DNA from: Octopus vulgaris
Taxonomy: Eukaryota
NCBI GenBank assembly: GCA_951406725.2
Contig: OX597826.1
Coordinates: 27,776,001-27,840,000 of the forward strand
Length of the DNA stretch: 64,000 nt
Direction of reading: 5' to 3'
The position numbers and the translations under genes were made by a program. Each line of letters begins with the position of its first letter. Within the stretch, counting starts at the first letter, position 1. The notes beneath the pieces were generated by a model. It was not told where the DNA came from. It searched no databases and saw only the letters and a program-made list of their open reading frames with translations. Shown here piece after piece: positions 13,698 through 25,965 of the stretch.

Positions 13698-15347
13698 ATA
13701 TATCGAGAAAGAGAGAGAGACTGTTACGTGTAATTTGAAATGCGAAGATTATGAGGATAAAGAAGGATTTTAAAGAGAGGAGAAGAAATCTGAATGATGG
13801 ATGGAAAGAGAAAAGGAAAGATTAATGAAAAAGGAGAATAAATAAAAGAAAACGGGAAAGAGAAGAAAGAAAGAAAGGAAGACAGAAAGAAAGAAAGGAA
13901 GACAGAAAGAAAGAAAGGACGAAGTGACGGAAGAAGGAAAGAAAGACAAAAATAAGAAAGTAGGGGAGAGGGAGGACAACAAAGGGTAAGAAAATAGAAG
14001 GAAAAAGCAAGAAAGAATTATGATTTCGTTCGCCACCATCGTCATTCGAACCCACGCCAACATCACCAATATTATCAGCCACAGCACCACCATCACCAAC
14101 ACCACAACACCCAGTGTGAGGATCCCTTCCTAAGCACCAGCATCAGCGGCCACCACTGCCCCTACCACCAACACCGCCGCCGCCACCACCTCCACCTCCA
14201 CCACAAACAGCAATGCAATCACCACCATCGACTCAACCATCACCATCACCAACATCTGAGACTTTATCACTAGCAACCACCACTACTACAGCCACAACTA
14301 CTTTTGCTACTACTAACACTATAACACTGGGTACTTGACCACAACTAGCACTGCCGCCTTCACTACCATCGCTATCACCAATATCAACACCACCACCACC
14401 ATTAACACCGCTACCATCACCACCATCAACAATATATGCCACCACCACCACCACCATCATCACCACCGCCACTATCACCACAACACAACCACCACCACAA
14501 CCATCACCACCACAGCCATCACCACCACCGCCACTATCACCACCACAGCCACCACCACCGCAACTATCACCACCACCACCGCAATCGCCATAAACACCAC
14601 CACCACAACCACTACCACAACCACCACCACCATCACCATCACCATCACCGCCATCACCATCAACACAACCACCACTACAACCATCACCATCAACGCCTCC
14701 ACCACGTCTACCACCACCACAACCACCTCCACTCCAACACTGCCATCACCATCACCCCTATCACCGCCACCACTTCCACCACCACCACCACTATCATAAT
14801 CTCCAACCCCACCTCCGCTACCATCACAACCAATTTACCACAACAACAATCCTACCGAAAACCACCACGTTCAAAATCACCATCACCACCGCCACCACAG
14901 TCGCCATCATCACTGTCAACAGAACACCCACGGCATCCACGACAGTCCCGCTGCGACCATCACCCACGACACGCTTATAACGACCAGTATCGTCACTGCT
15001 TGCATACGTGCCTTGCCACTTGCCTTAGTTGAGGAATGCGCGATGTTCAACGAAGAAATACGGAAAGTAACGATGACCAACGGCCAAGCCTCAGTCGTTG
15101 TTTCAACCGTTATTCATTGTGACAGCGAAACGCTGAGCAAAATGCTTCCTGGGAAACGGAAGGAGTATGGCGATGCGAGTGGGTGGCCTTAAGGACGATG
15201 ATGATGATGGTGGTGGTCCTGGTAGTGGTGATGGTAGTGGTGGTACTGGTCGTGGTGTTGTTGGTGGTGGTGCTTTTGCTGCTTCGTCTAATGCTGATCG
15301 TGATGGTGATGTTGATAATGATGTTGGAAATTATGACGATGGACATA

Positions 15348-15383
<36 letters not shown>

Positions 15384-16059
15384 GTGGTGTAGGTGGAGTT
15401 GGTGTTGGTGGCGGTGCTGTTTCGCCTGATGGTGATGTTGATGATGTTGGAAATGATGACGATGGTCATGATGATGGTCATGATGATGATGGTGATGGTG
15501 GTGCTGGAGATAATGGTACAAACGACGACGGTGATGCTGACGATGATGAGGAGGAGATGGAGGAGGAGGACGACAATGACGTGCATGATGATGATCATCA
15601 TCATCAACATCATCATCACCATCATCATCATCATAATTACGATGATGATGGTGAAGACGACGACGATGTTGTTGTTGTTGATGATGACGATAATAATGAT
15701 GCTGATGATGATGATGGTGATGACGATGACAGCAATGACAATGAGGATGATGACGATGTTCATCGAGATGATTATAGTGAGGATGGTGGTGGTGTTGGCG
15801 GCGGCGGTGGCGGTGTTGAAGGTGAAGTTAGCCATTGCCGTCATCGCCCTAGGCATGGTCATCGTCGCCGTCGTCGTCATCATCGTCGTTGTGATGCAGT
15901 GATGACAACTAAGATTTAGATTCCGATGACCACGCAGATTATATGAGGACGATGATGTGATAATGTGACGATGATTGTGATGATGATGATGATGATACGG
16001 ATGAACAACAGTTGTTGCGGTAGTAGACACTGCTGTTGGTGTTATTTAGATTACAGTTA

Positions 16060-16131
<72 letters not shown>

Positions 16132-16252
16132 CGGTGTTGCTACTCAGCTGTTTTTGTTTCTGTCGTGATAGTGGTATGATGATTGTGGTGATGATGATGG
16201 TGATGGTGATGATGGTGGGGATTGTGGTGGCGATAGTGAAGGGATGGATGCA

Positions 16253-16260
<8 letters not shown>
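13300..16260. repeat. Degenerate trinucleotide low-complexity domain: (GGT/GAT)n, then (ACC/CAC)n, then (GAT/GGT)n, then (AGT)n
   Basis: Directly visible; yields homopolymeric ORFs in several frames on both strands. Confidence 0.9.
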
Positions 16261-16283
<23 letters not shown>

Positions 16284-16389
16284 AGAAGAAGAAGAAGAAG
16301 AAGAAGAAGAAGAAGAAGGTAAAGAAGAGGAATATATAGAAGAGGAAGGTAAAGAAGAGGAAGGTAAAGAAGAGGAAGGTAAAGAAGTG

Positions 16390-16605
16390 GAAGAAGAAGA
16401 AGAAGAAGAAGAAGAAGAAGAAGAAGAAGAAGAAGAAGAAGAAGAAGAAGAAGAAGAAGAAGAAGAAGAAGAAGAAGAAGAAGAAGAAGAAGAAGAAGAA
16501 GAAGAAGAAGAAGAAGAAGAAGAAGAAGAAGAAGAAGAAGAAGAAGAAGAAGAAGAAGAAGAAGAAGAAGAAGAAGAAGAAGAAGAAGAAGAAGAAGAAG
16601 AAGAA
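16390..16605. repeat. Pure (GAA)n tract, about 72 units
   Basis: Uninterrupted GAA repeat. Confidence 0.97.
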
Positions 16606-16837
16606 GGAACAAGATTGACACAAAACGCTGACGAACGCCGAGAGAAATAATAACAAAAACAAAACAGAAGGAAATAGAAATGATACAGAAGCAAAGCAAT
16701 AACACCAACAGCATCATGGTCACAACGAGCCACAGTAACCACAACAACAACATCAAGCATAACTATTTCTATAAATACGCGGCAAACGAATTCCCAACGA
16801 CGAAGAATGCTATTCTCTTCGCATTCGTCCATTTCAG

Positions 16838-16976
16838 GCAACACCACGAAGACAGCTACTACAACTATCGCTGCCTTTGGTCACTGTACAAGGTGGCTAT
16901 CGATGGCGTTAGCAGCATCGGCCAGCTTCCCGCTGGCATATTTATCGATGAATCGTATCGTTCGGTGTCTAACTGG
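16838..16976 (+). CDS. Candidate internal coding exon of an unidentified host gene (QHHEDSYYNYRCLWSLYKVAIDGVSSIGQLPAGIFIDESYRSVSNW)
   Basis: Unique, GC-richer island. Acceptor TTCGTCCATTTCAG ends at 16837 and donor TGG|GTGAGA starts at 16977. Open frame with many C-ending codons; ends in phase 0. Confidence 0.6.
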
Positions 16977-17053
16977 GTGAGACAACACCGACCAGCAGTT
17001 AACACACTTGACATACAAACACAAACACACACACACAAACATGTATATATGTA

Positions 17054-17089
<36 letters not shown>

Positions 17090-17091
17090 CA

Positions 17092-17148
<57 letters not shown>

Positions 17149-17169
17149 ATTTTTTTTTTTTTTTTTTTT

Positions 17170-17387
17170 TGTACTTGTTTCAGTCATTTGACTGCGGCCA
17201 TGCTGGAGCACCGCCTTTAGAGTGGTGAAAGAGTACAGCAGGGATCACCACCATCCCCTGCCGGAGCCTCGTGGAGCTTTTAGGTGTTTTCGCTCAATAA
17301 ACACACACAACGCCCGGTCTGGGAATCGAAACCGCGATCCTCCGACCGCAAGTCCGCTGCCCTAACCACTGGGCCATTGCGCCTCCA
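17170..17387 (-). mobile_element. Chimeric SINE: family D tRNA head joined to the family A 3' tail
   Basis: 17222-17387 matches the 5' part of 61847-62181 (A box TGGCCCAGTGG, B box GTTTCGATTCC). 17170-17221 is the family A tail. Confidence 0.8.
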
Positions 17388-17401
17388 CATATATTTATAT
17401 A

Positions 17402-17442
<41 letters not shown>

Positions 17443-17472
17443 AAATATATATATATATATATATGTGTGTAA

Positions 17473-17504
<32 letters not shown>

Positions 17505-17552
17505 GTAAATATATATATATATATATATATAATATATATATACATATATATG

Positions 17553-17756
17553 TTTAGCTGCGGCCAAGATGGAGCACCGTCTTAAAAGGTTTTGGTTGAT
17601 TTATTCTTTGTAAGCCTAGTACTTATTCTATCGGTCTCTTTTGCTGAACCGCTAGGTAATTGAGATTCAAATACACTACCATCGGTTGTCAAGCAATGGC
17701 AAGGGGACAAACACAGGCACAAAGGCACACACACACACATATACATATATATGTAC

Positions 17757-17799
<43 letters not shown>

Positions 17800-17965
17800 T
17801 ATGACGGGCTTCTTTCAGTTTCCGTCTACCAAATTCACTCACGAGGCTTTGGTCGGCCCGAGGCTATAGTAAAAGACACTTGCCGAAGGCAGATGTCATG
17901 CAGTGGGACTAAAGCTGGAACCAAGTGATTGGGAAGCATGCTTCTTACCACACAGCCACCCCTAT
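17553..17965 (-). mobile_element. SINE family A copy
   Basis: Near full length, with an internal (TA)/(CA) microsatellite. Confidence 0.88.
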
Positions 17966-17997
17966 ATGTATATTATATATATATGCATATTATATAC

Positions 17998-18079
<82 letters not shown>

Positions 18080-18086
<7 letters not shown>

Positions 18087-18779
18087 TAAAAAATGGAGTT
18101 AACGCAGGTGTAAACAAGTATTTTTACTTTCGACACATGTTTCGAAAATTCCACTGATACTATTCAAAAGAATAAATGGTATAAACAATGCAATCTTCTC
18201 TTCGGGAAAGTGAAAAAAACGAAACTCGTCAATACGACATTTTAGCAAAAAATGATGGATTTGTATAGCGATGGACAGAACGCTATTAATATTGTTTAAA
18301 AAAACGTTATATGATATAACGTCATAAGTAGCTAACAGAAAGAGTAGGGATATTAATAGTGAATGTTAAATATAAAGGAAATTAAAGTTTAAATTATATA
18401 TAATGATAGAGACTACTTATATGCACTAAATGTATGTTTTTGCCAATGCTTACATATGTATGCTCGCTCTAAGATTGCATTGTTTATACCATTTATTCTT
18501 TTGAATAGTATCAGTGGAATTTTCGAAACATGTGTCGAAAGTAAAAATACTTGTTTACACCTGCGTTAACTCCATTTTTTATTCATATTATTCAAAATAT
18601 TCAACGTAAACACGAAGTTTCAACCTTTATAAAGAAGGAGTTACAACACCTTTACTTGTGAGATTTTTGCTGCCCTGGTAACTGTTTATTTATTTTTCCG
18701 TGTTAATCGTTAACAAGGTAAAAATACACTCATCTATTTGGGCCAATAATGGCCGAAACCTATCAAAGTATCAAAGTAA

Positions 18780-18780
<1 letters not shown>
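18080..18780 (-). mobile_element. Penelope-like element 3' remnant with inverted pseudo-LTR
   Basis: Essentially perfect inverted repeat 18080-18197 / 18471-18588. The minus strand encodes the GIY-YIG-domain C-terminus RAYICKHWQKHTFSAYK* (18470 to about 18412). Hammerhead-like motif at 18121-18214. Confidence 0.8.
18121..18214 (-). ncRNA. Degenerate minimal type I hammerhead ribozyme motif
   Basis: Minus strand reads ACTTTC-CCGAAGA-GAAGATT...AATTTTC-GAAA-C-ATGT-GTC-GAAAGT. Core U4 is changed to C, so probably inactive. Confidence 0.6.
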
Positions 18781-18848
<68 letters not shown>

Positions 18849-18996
18849 CATATATATACATATATATAATATCTATATAGATAGATAGATAGATAAATAG
18901 ATATGCATACATATATACATATATCTATGTATATATATGTATGTGTGTATGTATCTATCTATATATATATATATTTATACATATATATATATACAT

Positions 18997-19060
<64 letters not shown>

Positions 19061-19440
19061 GTATACAATACATACTTTCACAGATTCATTCACACATGCA
19101 TATACATACACATAATATATGCCATACTTTCTCTAATTGCTTTTGTTGCCTATGTACTCTCCGATAGACGTAGTCACTCAATCAGCTCTCTCACACTTAA
19201 CTCCCCAAAACTTCCGTGACAAGAGAGCGGAGAAACGAATTTCGTCTATACCAAACTTGTTCTCATTCTGCCAAATACACTATCGTAACGTGAGAGGAAA
19301 TGCTGTGGTCATTGATGTAATGCCCACATGCAGTACCGGAATCCAACCCACGACCTCGTAGTCGTAACCCCAGCACTGCTAACCACCCGAAGTGATAATG
19401 AAGAATATCTTAACTACGTTTATATTATATTTATATAGAA

Positions 19441-19880
19441 AGAGATGACGGACAATCTGGGATCCAATATCCAGCGACACGTTCTCTGGCTCCAACCTGA
19501 CTGCCCTCGACCGTATACCCGGGTTTCGTCGGGTAACGCAGAACAGAGAAACAAATATTACAGGGACCTGACTGGCCGCTGTCAGTTTGTGCCGGTCGCC
19601 GTCGACACCTCAGGTTTTCTTGGACTCCCTAACTGCCAATTTCCTCTGCGGCCCGTCTGAGAACTGAACACCGCTGGTGGAGTGACTGGTACAACGATTG
19701 TTGCTGGCCGTTTTCCACGGCAACGCCTTCGCAGTCATGGCCGCAGGGTGTGGCTGAACTAGCCATTTATTCCGGGATGTTCTCCGTATCTTCTGCTGTT
19801 TAATCATATCCTCTGCTTTTTGTTTCGTTTTCTTTGCTTTCATGTAATTTAATTGTGATTCAATCTTTACATAAATAAAC
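19441..19880 (+). pseudogene. CRE-like non-LTR retrotransposon 3' end (restriction-like endonuclease domain) with 3' UTR
   Basis: Frameshifted peptides IWDPISSDTFS, NAEQRNKYYRDLTGRCQFVPVAVDTSGFLG and LVQRLLLAVFHGNAFAV match the WDxxxxDT / AExxKxxKY / FVPVAVET.G / QRLSxAxxRGNA pattern. AATAAA near 19873. Confidence 0.75.
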
Positions 19881-19954
19881 TAATTTTATCTTGCTTGAAA
19901 TAGTTAAATGCCAAAAATGCCCCATGCCTGTGATGTCTATAACATGGGAACGGG

Positions 19955-20277
19955 CAAAAACCCTCTTCTGTCATGAAGGGCTATGGGATTGCACCGAGGA
20001 TGTTCCTCTCCAAAGCCCAAGTCTGGGCAAGGTTGTTTTATGGAAGACCAGCAGTCGCCCATGCATACGAGATTTCCTTCTCCGTGCCACCGTTGTTATC
20101 CAAGGCAAAGACTTGGATAACAGCTTGGCACCAGTGACGTTGCAATCCATTTCTATAGCTGAGTGAACTGAAGCAACGTGAAATAAGAATACAACACATA
20201 ACCGATTCCGGGAATCGAGCTCACAGCCACGTGATTGTGAACCCGATGCTCTAACCATTGAGTCATGTGCCTTCTCA
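19955..20277 (-). mobile_element. tRNA-derived SINE (family C-related)
   Basis: Head with A/B-box-like motifs and TTTCACGTTGCTTCAGTTCACTCAGCT, shared with 22337-22583; different 3' part. Confidence 0.75.
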
Positions 20278-20536
20278 TATCACAACGGTGACATATTCGA
20301 TATTCGACTTGCATTTTCCAGTTTAGACACAAACCAAACATTTTGAGGATATGATATCCAGCTGATTAAATAGAACTCCTTCCTTGACAGATTCTTTATT
20401 TTCTAGACTCCGAAAGTTTATTCCAACTGTATTTGAGAGCAGGAAGATGTTACACTGCATTTTCTTCGAGGCTCCAATTAATCTTCAAGTTAACTAACCA
20501 ACACAAAAAATGCGCAAAGAACCGTTAATGATAATA

Positions 20537-20635
<99 letters not shown>

Positions 20636-20674
20636 CAAGAAGAATTACATTATTGAAATGAAAGAATTAATAAA

Positions 20675-20835
20675 CTCAGGTGTGGCTGTGTGGAAAGAAG
20701 CTTCCGTCACAACCACATGATTTCATGTTCAGTCCCACTGCGTGGCACCTTGGGCAAGTGTCTTCTAGTATAGTCTAAGGCAGAACAAAGCCTTGTGAGT
20801 GGATTTGGTAGGCGGAAACTGAAAGAAGCCTGTCG

Positions 20836-20898
<63 letters not shown>

Positions 20899-21110
20899 AT
20901 TTGTCTGTGTTTGTCCCCACCCCCACCATCGCTTGACAACCGATGTTCGTGTGTTTACGTCCCCGTAACGGAGCCGTTCGGCAAAAGAGATGTATGGAAC
21001 AAGTACCAATCTTACTAAGAATATATCCACGGTTCGATTTCTTCGACTAAAAGGTGGTGTTCCAGCATGGCCACAGTCATAACGACTGTAACAAGTAATA
21101 GAATGATAGA
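20675..21110 (+). mobile_element. SINE family A (tRNA-like head, CORE-like ACCTTGGGCAAGT, internal microsatellite, LINE-like tail)
   Basis: Full-length copy; more than 12 copies or fragments occur in the window. Confidence 0.9.
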
Positions 21111-21327
21111 ATAATGGAATAAAAGAATAAGATGTGTTAGATGTTGTAGAGCGGATATTTTGCGTGCAGAAGAGTTTAAATTGGCCACTGTAGGCACGTA
21201 GGTACTTAGAGGGTATCGTTAATTTTATTCGCATAAACCGGCTACTTTATCCATGTTTTCCGTGTATCCACTTTTGGCACAAAGCCAGCAATTTCGAGAA
21301 GCCAGGTAATCGATTACACAGAGCACA

Positions 21328-21560
21328 AGGCGGCGAGCTTTTAGAAACGTTAGCACGTCGGGCTAAATGCGTAGCCGTATTTCGTCTGCCATTACGTTCT
21401 GAGTTCAAATTCCGCCGAGGTCGACTTTGCCTTTCATCCTTTCGGGGTCGATAGATTAAGTACCAGTTACACACTGGGGTCGATGTAATCGACTTGATCT
21501 GTTTGTCTGTCCTTTCTTGTCCCCTCTATGTTTAGCCTCTTGTGGGTAGTAAAAAAAGAG
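21328..21560 (+). mobile_element. SINE family B monomer
   Basis: GGCGGCGAGC...GCCTTTCATCCTTTCGGGGTCGATAG...TTGTGGGTAGTAAAAAAAG. Confidence 0.9.
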
Positions 21561-22113
21561 ATTACATAGAGCACAGTATCCAAATGCAAATTAGACGAAC
21601 CAATTTAGTGGAGCTCCATTCATAGTTTTACACCCTTTAAATTACAATAAACTGCAAGTTTCTCCATCAGAACACAAAGGAAGATTTTCCTCTGATGCGA
21701 TACAATCATCGTCAGAGAATAAGCTTATTTCTCAGTTTGCTTTTTCCTGTCTACTCTCTACAGCAAGGTTTAAATTGTTATTTATTAATTAAACAAAAGT
21801 CATGCATTTTTTATTTTAATTTAATCAAAATTTCTATTTAGTATTTTATGAACGAAGTCATGTTTATTTTCGGCATATCCAGTGTTGTACAAACTGCTTA
21901 ACAAGTTTAGCTGGATATTACTTAGAACACATTATACGTATGAATATACATATTGGTATATAAATATTTCTATATGTGTGTGGGGAGGATGCATGTGATA
22001 GAGAGGGAGAGAATAAGTCTGCGTGTGACAGTCTTTATAGATGGTTCTCTATTGTTCCCTGTATGCGGGAGTACATAACTTTGTATGCATGTATGTATGT
22101 ACGTATGCCTTTG

Positions 22114-22203
<90 letters not shown>

Positions 22204-22238
22204 ATATAAATAAGTATATATATATATTTATATATGTA

Positions 22239-22296
<58 letters not shown>

Positions 22297-22336
22297 CATA
22301 TATAGATATATATGTATGTATATATATATATATAAG

Positions 22337-22583
22337 TGGAGGCGCGTGGCTTACTGGTTAGGGTGTCAGCACCATGATCGTAAGATTGTGGTTTTGATTC
22401 CTAGACCGGGCAACACGTTGTGTTTTTGAGCAAAACACTTCATTTCACGTTGCTCCAGTCCACTCAGCTGGCAAAAATGAGTAACGCTGCGATGGACTGT
22501 CAAGCTGGGGAATACATACACCATTGAATCCGGGAAACCGGGCCCATGAGCCTGGCTAGGCTTTAAAAGGGCGCATTTATTAT
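22337..22583 (+). mobile_element. tRNA-derived SINE family C (V/Meta-domain-like)
   Basis: GGAGGCGCGTGGCTTACTGGTTAGG head, then TTGCTCCAGTCCACTCAGCTG and CTGCGATGGACTG motifs, (TTA)n tail. Confidence 0.8.
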
Positions 22584-22584
22584 T

Positions 22585-22632
<48 letters not shown>

Positions 22633-23180
22633 CAGCGGTCATCTAGGGATTCTGAGTTTTATGGCAAGATGACATTTTTTCTAATAGAAGGATACATACC
22701 TACAAACTGCTATATTTATAGATATTTGTAAGTAAGTACACTATATACGTATGTACATACATAAATACATATATGCATATGCATACATATATACATGCGT
22801 ATATATATATATATACATATACATATACTTTTCCTGAGAAATTTTTATACATTTCATTAAGTGGCATTATATATATGTATGTATATATATATATATATAT
22901 ATATATAGATAGATAGATAGATAGATAGGTTGATAGAGAGGGGGAGAAAGAGAGAGATATATGCATTCATGCCTAAACACACACATACATACATTCCGGC
23001 ATACATACATATATGCATCTATATATTACATACAAACATACATACACCTGCACATTCATGGACATAGTTTGTCTTCTTATCCGCTTATGAATCCCACCTG
23101 ACAATATTCTCCTCCGCTTTACATTGTTTCTCATTTACCTTTCATCAACCGTGACTTAACTTCATCCACGCATCAGCATT

Positions 23181-23216
<36 letters not shown>

Positions 23217-23420
23217 TAACAATACTTTTTTTCTCCATTTTGTTTTTTGTTTTCCCCTGAAACGCAACTGAAGAATCCTTTCTTGTATTCTTTCATCTTT
23301 CGATTCTCTCCAATTTCACAGAATTATTTCCTGTCTTTATAATTTCTTTTTTTTCTTTTGTTTTTCTTTTTGTTTTTTTTTGTTCTGATGTTTCTGCCTG
23401 AAATTTGTTTCCATTTACTT

Positions 23421-23451
<31 letters not shown>

Positions 23452-23647
23452 TTTGTTGGAAGGAAAATATGTATTGTATATTCCATTCCTCATCATGTGC
23501 ATAAATACATACACGCACTCACACATACCCGCACAAACTCACATGCACACACAAACACACATACACACACACACACACGCGCGCACATATGATACGAATA
23601 TATATATATATATGTATATGTATATGTACTTAAATATATACACACAT

Positions 23648-23681
<34 letters not shown>

Positions 23682-23693
23682 GTATATGAATGC

Positions 23694-23742
<49 letters not shown>

Positions 23743-24212
23743 TGCATGCATGTATGTATGTATGTATGTATGTATGTATGTATGTATGTGTTGTCAAGTG
23801 TTTGACAGAAGAGAACAGAGCTGCGGAGATACTGAATTGAAGCTATCTCTACCGAATGCTTTTAGAAGCGTCACGTCACTGCATTTTATGCTCTCTTCAC
23901 ACGAAATCAGCCAGATGTGCGCAGTACAGTCCAATAATATACTTTCTCGCTGTACTTTCTGCTCAGCTGCTCTTAGTGACATTTTCTCCACCACTACCAC
24001 TACAATCACCACCATAGACCCATCACTACCACCGCCACAATCATTCACTGACCGTTCCTTTTGTTCATACCTTTGCATTCTCTGCTATGCTATTCTCCTG
24101 GTTTCCCACTCTGCTATTTTCCTTACTCTTTCTCTTTCCTTTCTGTATTCCTCGTTCTCCGTTTCCATGCTTTTCTTCCATCTTCCGTTCATTCTCTTTT
24201 AATCAATTCCAG

Positions 24213-24269
24213 CTGTTTTACCTGGACAACCAAACGGACAACTACGTCCAGAAGAATTCAGCTCACTAG
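24213..24269 (+). CDS. Candidate terminal coding exon (LFYLDNQTDNYVQKNSAH*)
   Basis: Long polypyrimidine tract and acceptor TTTTAATCAATTCCAG ending at 24212. Phase 0, compatible with exon 16838-16976. TAG at 24267-24269. Confidence 0.5.
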   Translation: MFYLDNQTDNYVQKNSAH

Positions 24270-24846
24270 CTCCCTCTCTGTGTTTTCTAATCCTCACCTC
24301 AAACCCATCGATGCCATCGCCACCACAAAATCCTCCCCACCATCACCACCACCACCACCACCACCCTCATGCCTTTCTCCTGCGGCTCAATTTCGCATCT
24401 ATCTATCGAAGGCTTTCGAGGCTCTGTTTTCGCTAAACTCACGTGTTGTCACGTGATTCCATTCGTTATGTCAATGTGTGTCATCAACCTCTACAGCCAG
24501 TAACAGCAACAGCAGCAGCAGCAGCAGTTGTCACAGCAGCAATGCCAGCAGCATCAGTGACAGAATTTAATGGGCAACCGTAGTTGCTCTCCTTTATTAT
24601 TACTTCACTTTTTATCTCTCTCGTTGCTCTTCCGTTTTCTTCATCCTTTCCTCTTCCCTGTTCATCTTCTTCGCCATTCCATTATTCCTATGTACTCCAT
24701 TTTGCTATTTCAATCGCCCTCGCTCTACTTTACTGCTACTTCTACAACATCAACAACAACTACTACTACTACTACTGTTACTACTACTACTACTACTACT
24801 ACTGCTGCTGCTGCTACTGCTGCTGCTGCTACTGCTGCTGCTGCTG

Positions 24847-24888
<42 letters not shown>

Positions 24889-24915
24889 ACGCCGTTCCTG
24901 CTGTTAGTCTCTCTC

Positions 24916-25298
24916 TTTACTCTTTTACTTGTTTCAGTCATGTGACTGTGGCCATGCTGAAGCACCGCCTTTAGTCGAGCAAATCGACCCTAGGACTTAT
25001 ATTTTGTAAGTCCAGTGCTTATTCTATCGGTCCCTTTTGTCGAACCGCTAAGTAATGGGGACGTAAACACACCAGCATCGGTTATCAAGCGATGTTGGTG
25101 GGGGGGACAAACACAGACACACAAACATATATACATATATACGACGAGCTTCTTTCAGTTTCCGTCTACCAAATCCACTCACAAGGCTTTGGTCGACCCG
25201 TGGCTAAAGCAGAAGACACTAGCCCAAAGTGCCACGCAGTGGGACTGAACCCGGAACCATGCGATTGATAAGCAAGCTACTTACCACACAGCCACTCA
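24916..25298 (-). mobile_element. SINE family A full-length copy
   Basis: Matches the family A pattern end to end. Confidence 0.9.
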
Positions 25299-25339
25299 TA
25301 CGCCTTACTAGCATTACTATTACTTCATAATTCTTACTA

Positions 25340-25652
25340 CAAGAGGCCCGAGGTCTGAAATTTTGAGTGGATGAAGTTAGCCGATTACATCAAAACCAGT
25401 GCTCGACTGGGGTTTTATTTTATTGACCCCGAAAGGATGAAAAGCAGAGTGACATTTAAATTCAGAACATACAGCCGGAAGAAATGCCGCTAACCATTTA
25501 ATCCGGAACACTAACGATCCTGCCAGTACGACGCCTTCTGCTTTAATTTAGTAATAATAATGAAAGCTTCTCATGTTGGCACCAAGTCAGGAATTTTGAG
25601 AGAGGGTACAAGCCGATTACATCGACCCGATTCCCAGTACACAGCTGGTACT
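25340..25652 (-). mobile_element. Diverged SINE family B fragments
   Basis: GACCCCGAAAGGATGAAA and CCGATTACATCGACCC motifs in two adjacent pieces. Confidence 0.7.
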
Positions 25653-25965
25653 TATATATATATATACACACACACACACATACACACATACATACACACA
25701 TGCATATATACATGCATTCATACATGCATACATGCATACATACATACATACATACATACATACATACATACATACATACATACATACATACATACATACA
25801 TACATACATACATACATACTTACATATACATAAATATATGTTGGACCACTGAAATCTACAAGTTTTTTCATTCTTTCTCTGTTTATTTCCTCGAGCGTAC
25901 ACTCACAACGTACAAGACTTTTCCATTTTTCCCAGGCGTCAAACTAATACACCAGCGTGTTGTTC

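Noticed and set aside
15110-16847. Asp/Gly/His-rich, poly-Ser and poly-Glu ORFs resembling biomineralisation or structural proteins
   Set aside because: Trinucleotide low-complexity DNA open in most frames, with no signal peptide or splice support.
16868-16976. Faint resemblance of the exon peptide to the carnitine/choline acyltransferase segment RHL..L...A...LP.IF.DESY
   Set aside because: The flanking GxGxDRH and LSTS motifs are absent, so no product was assigned.
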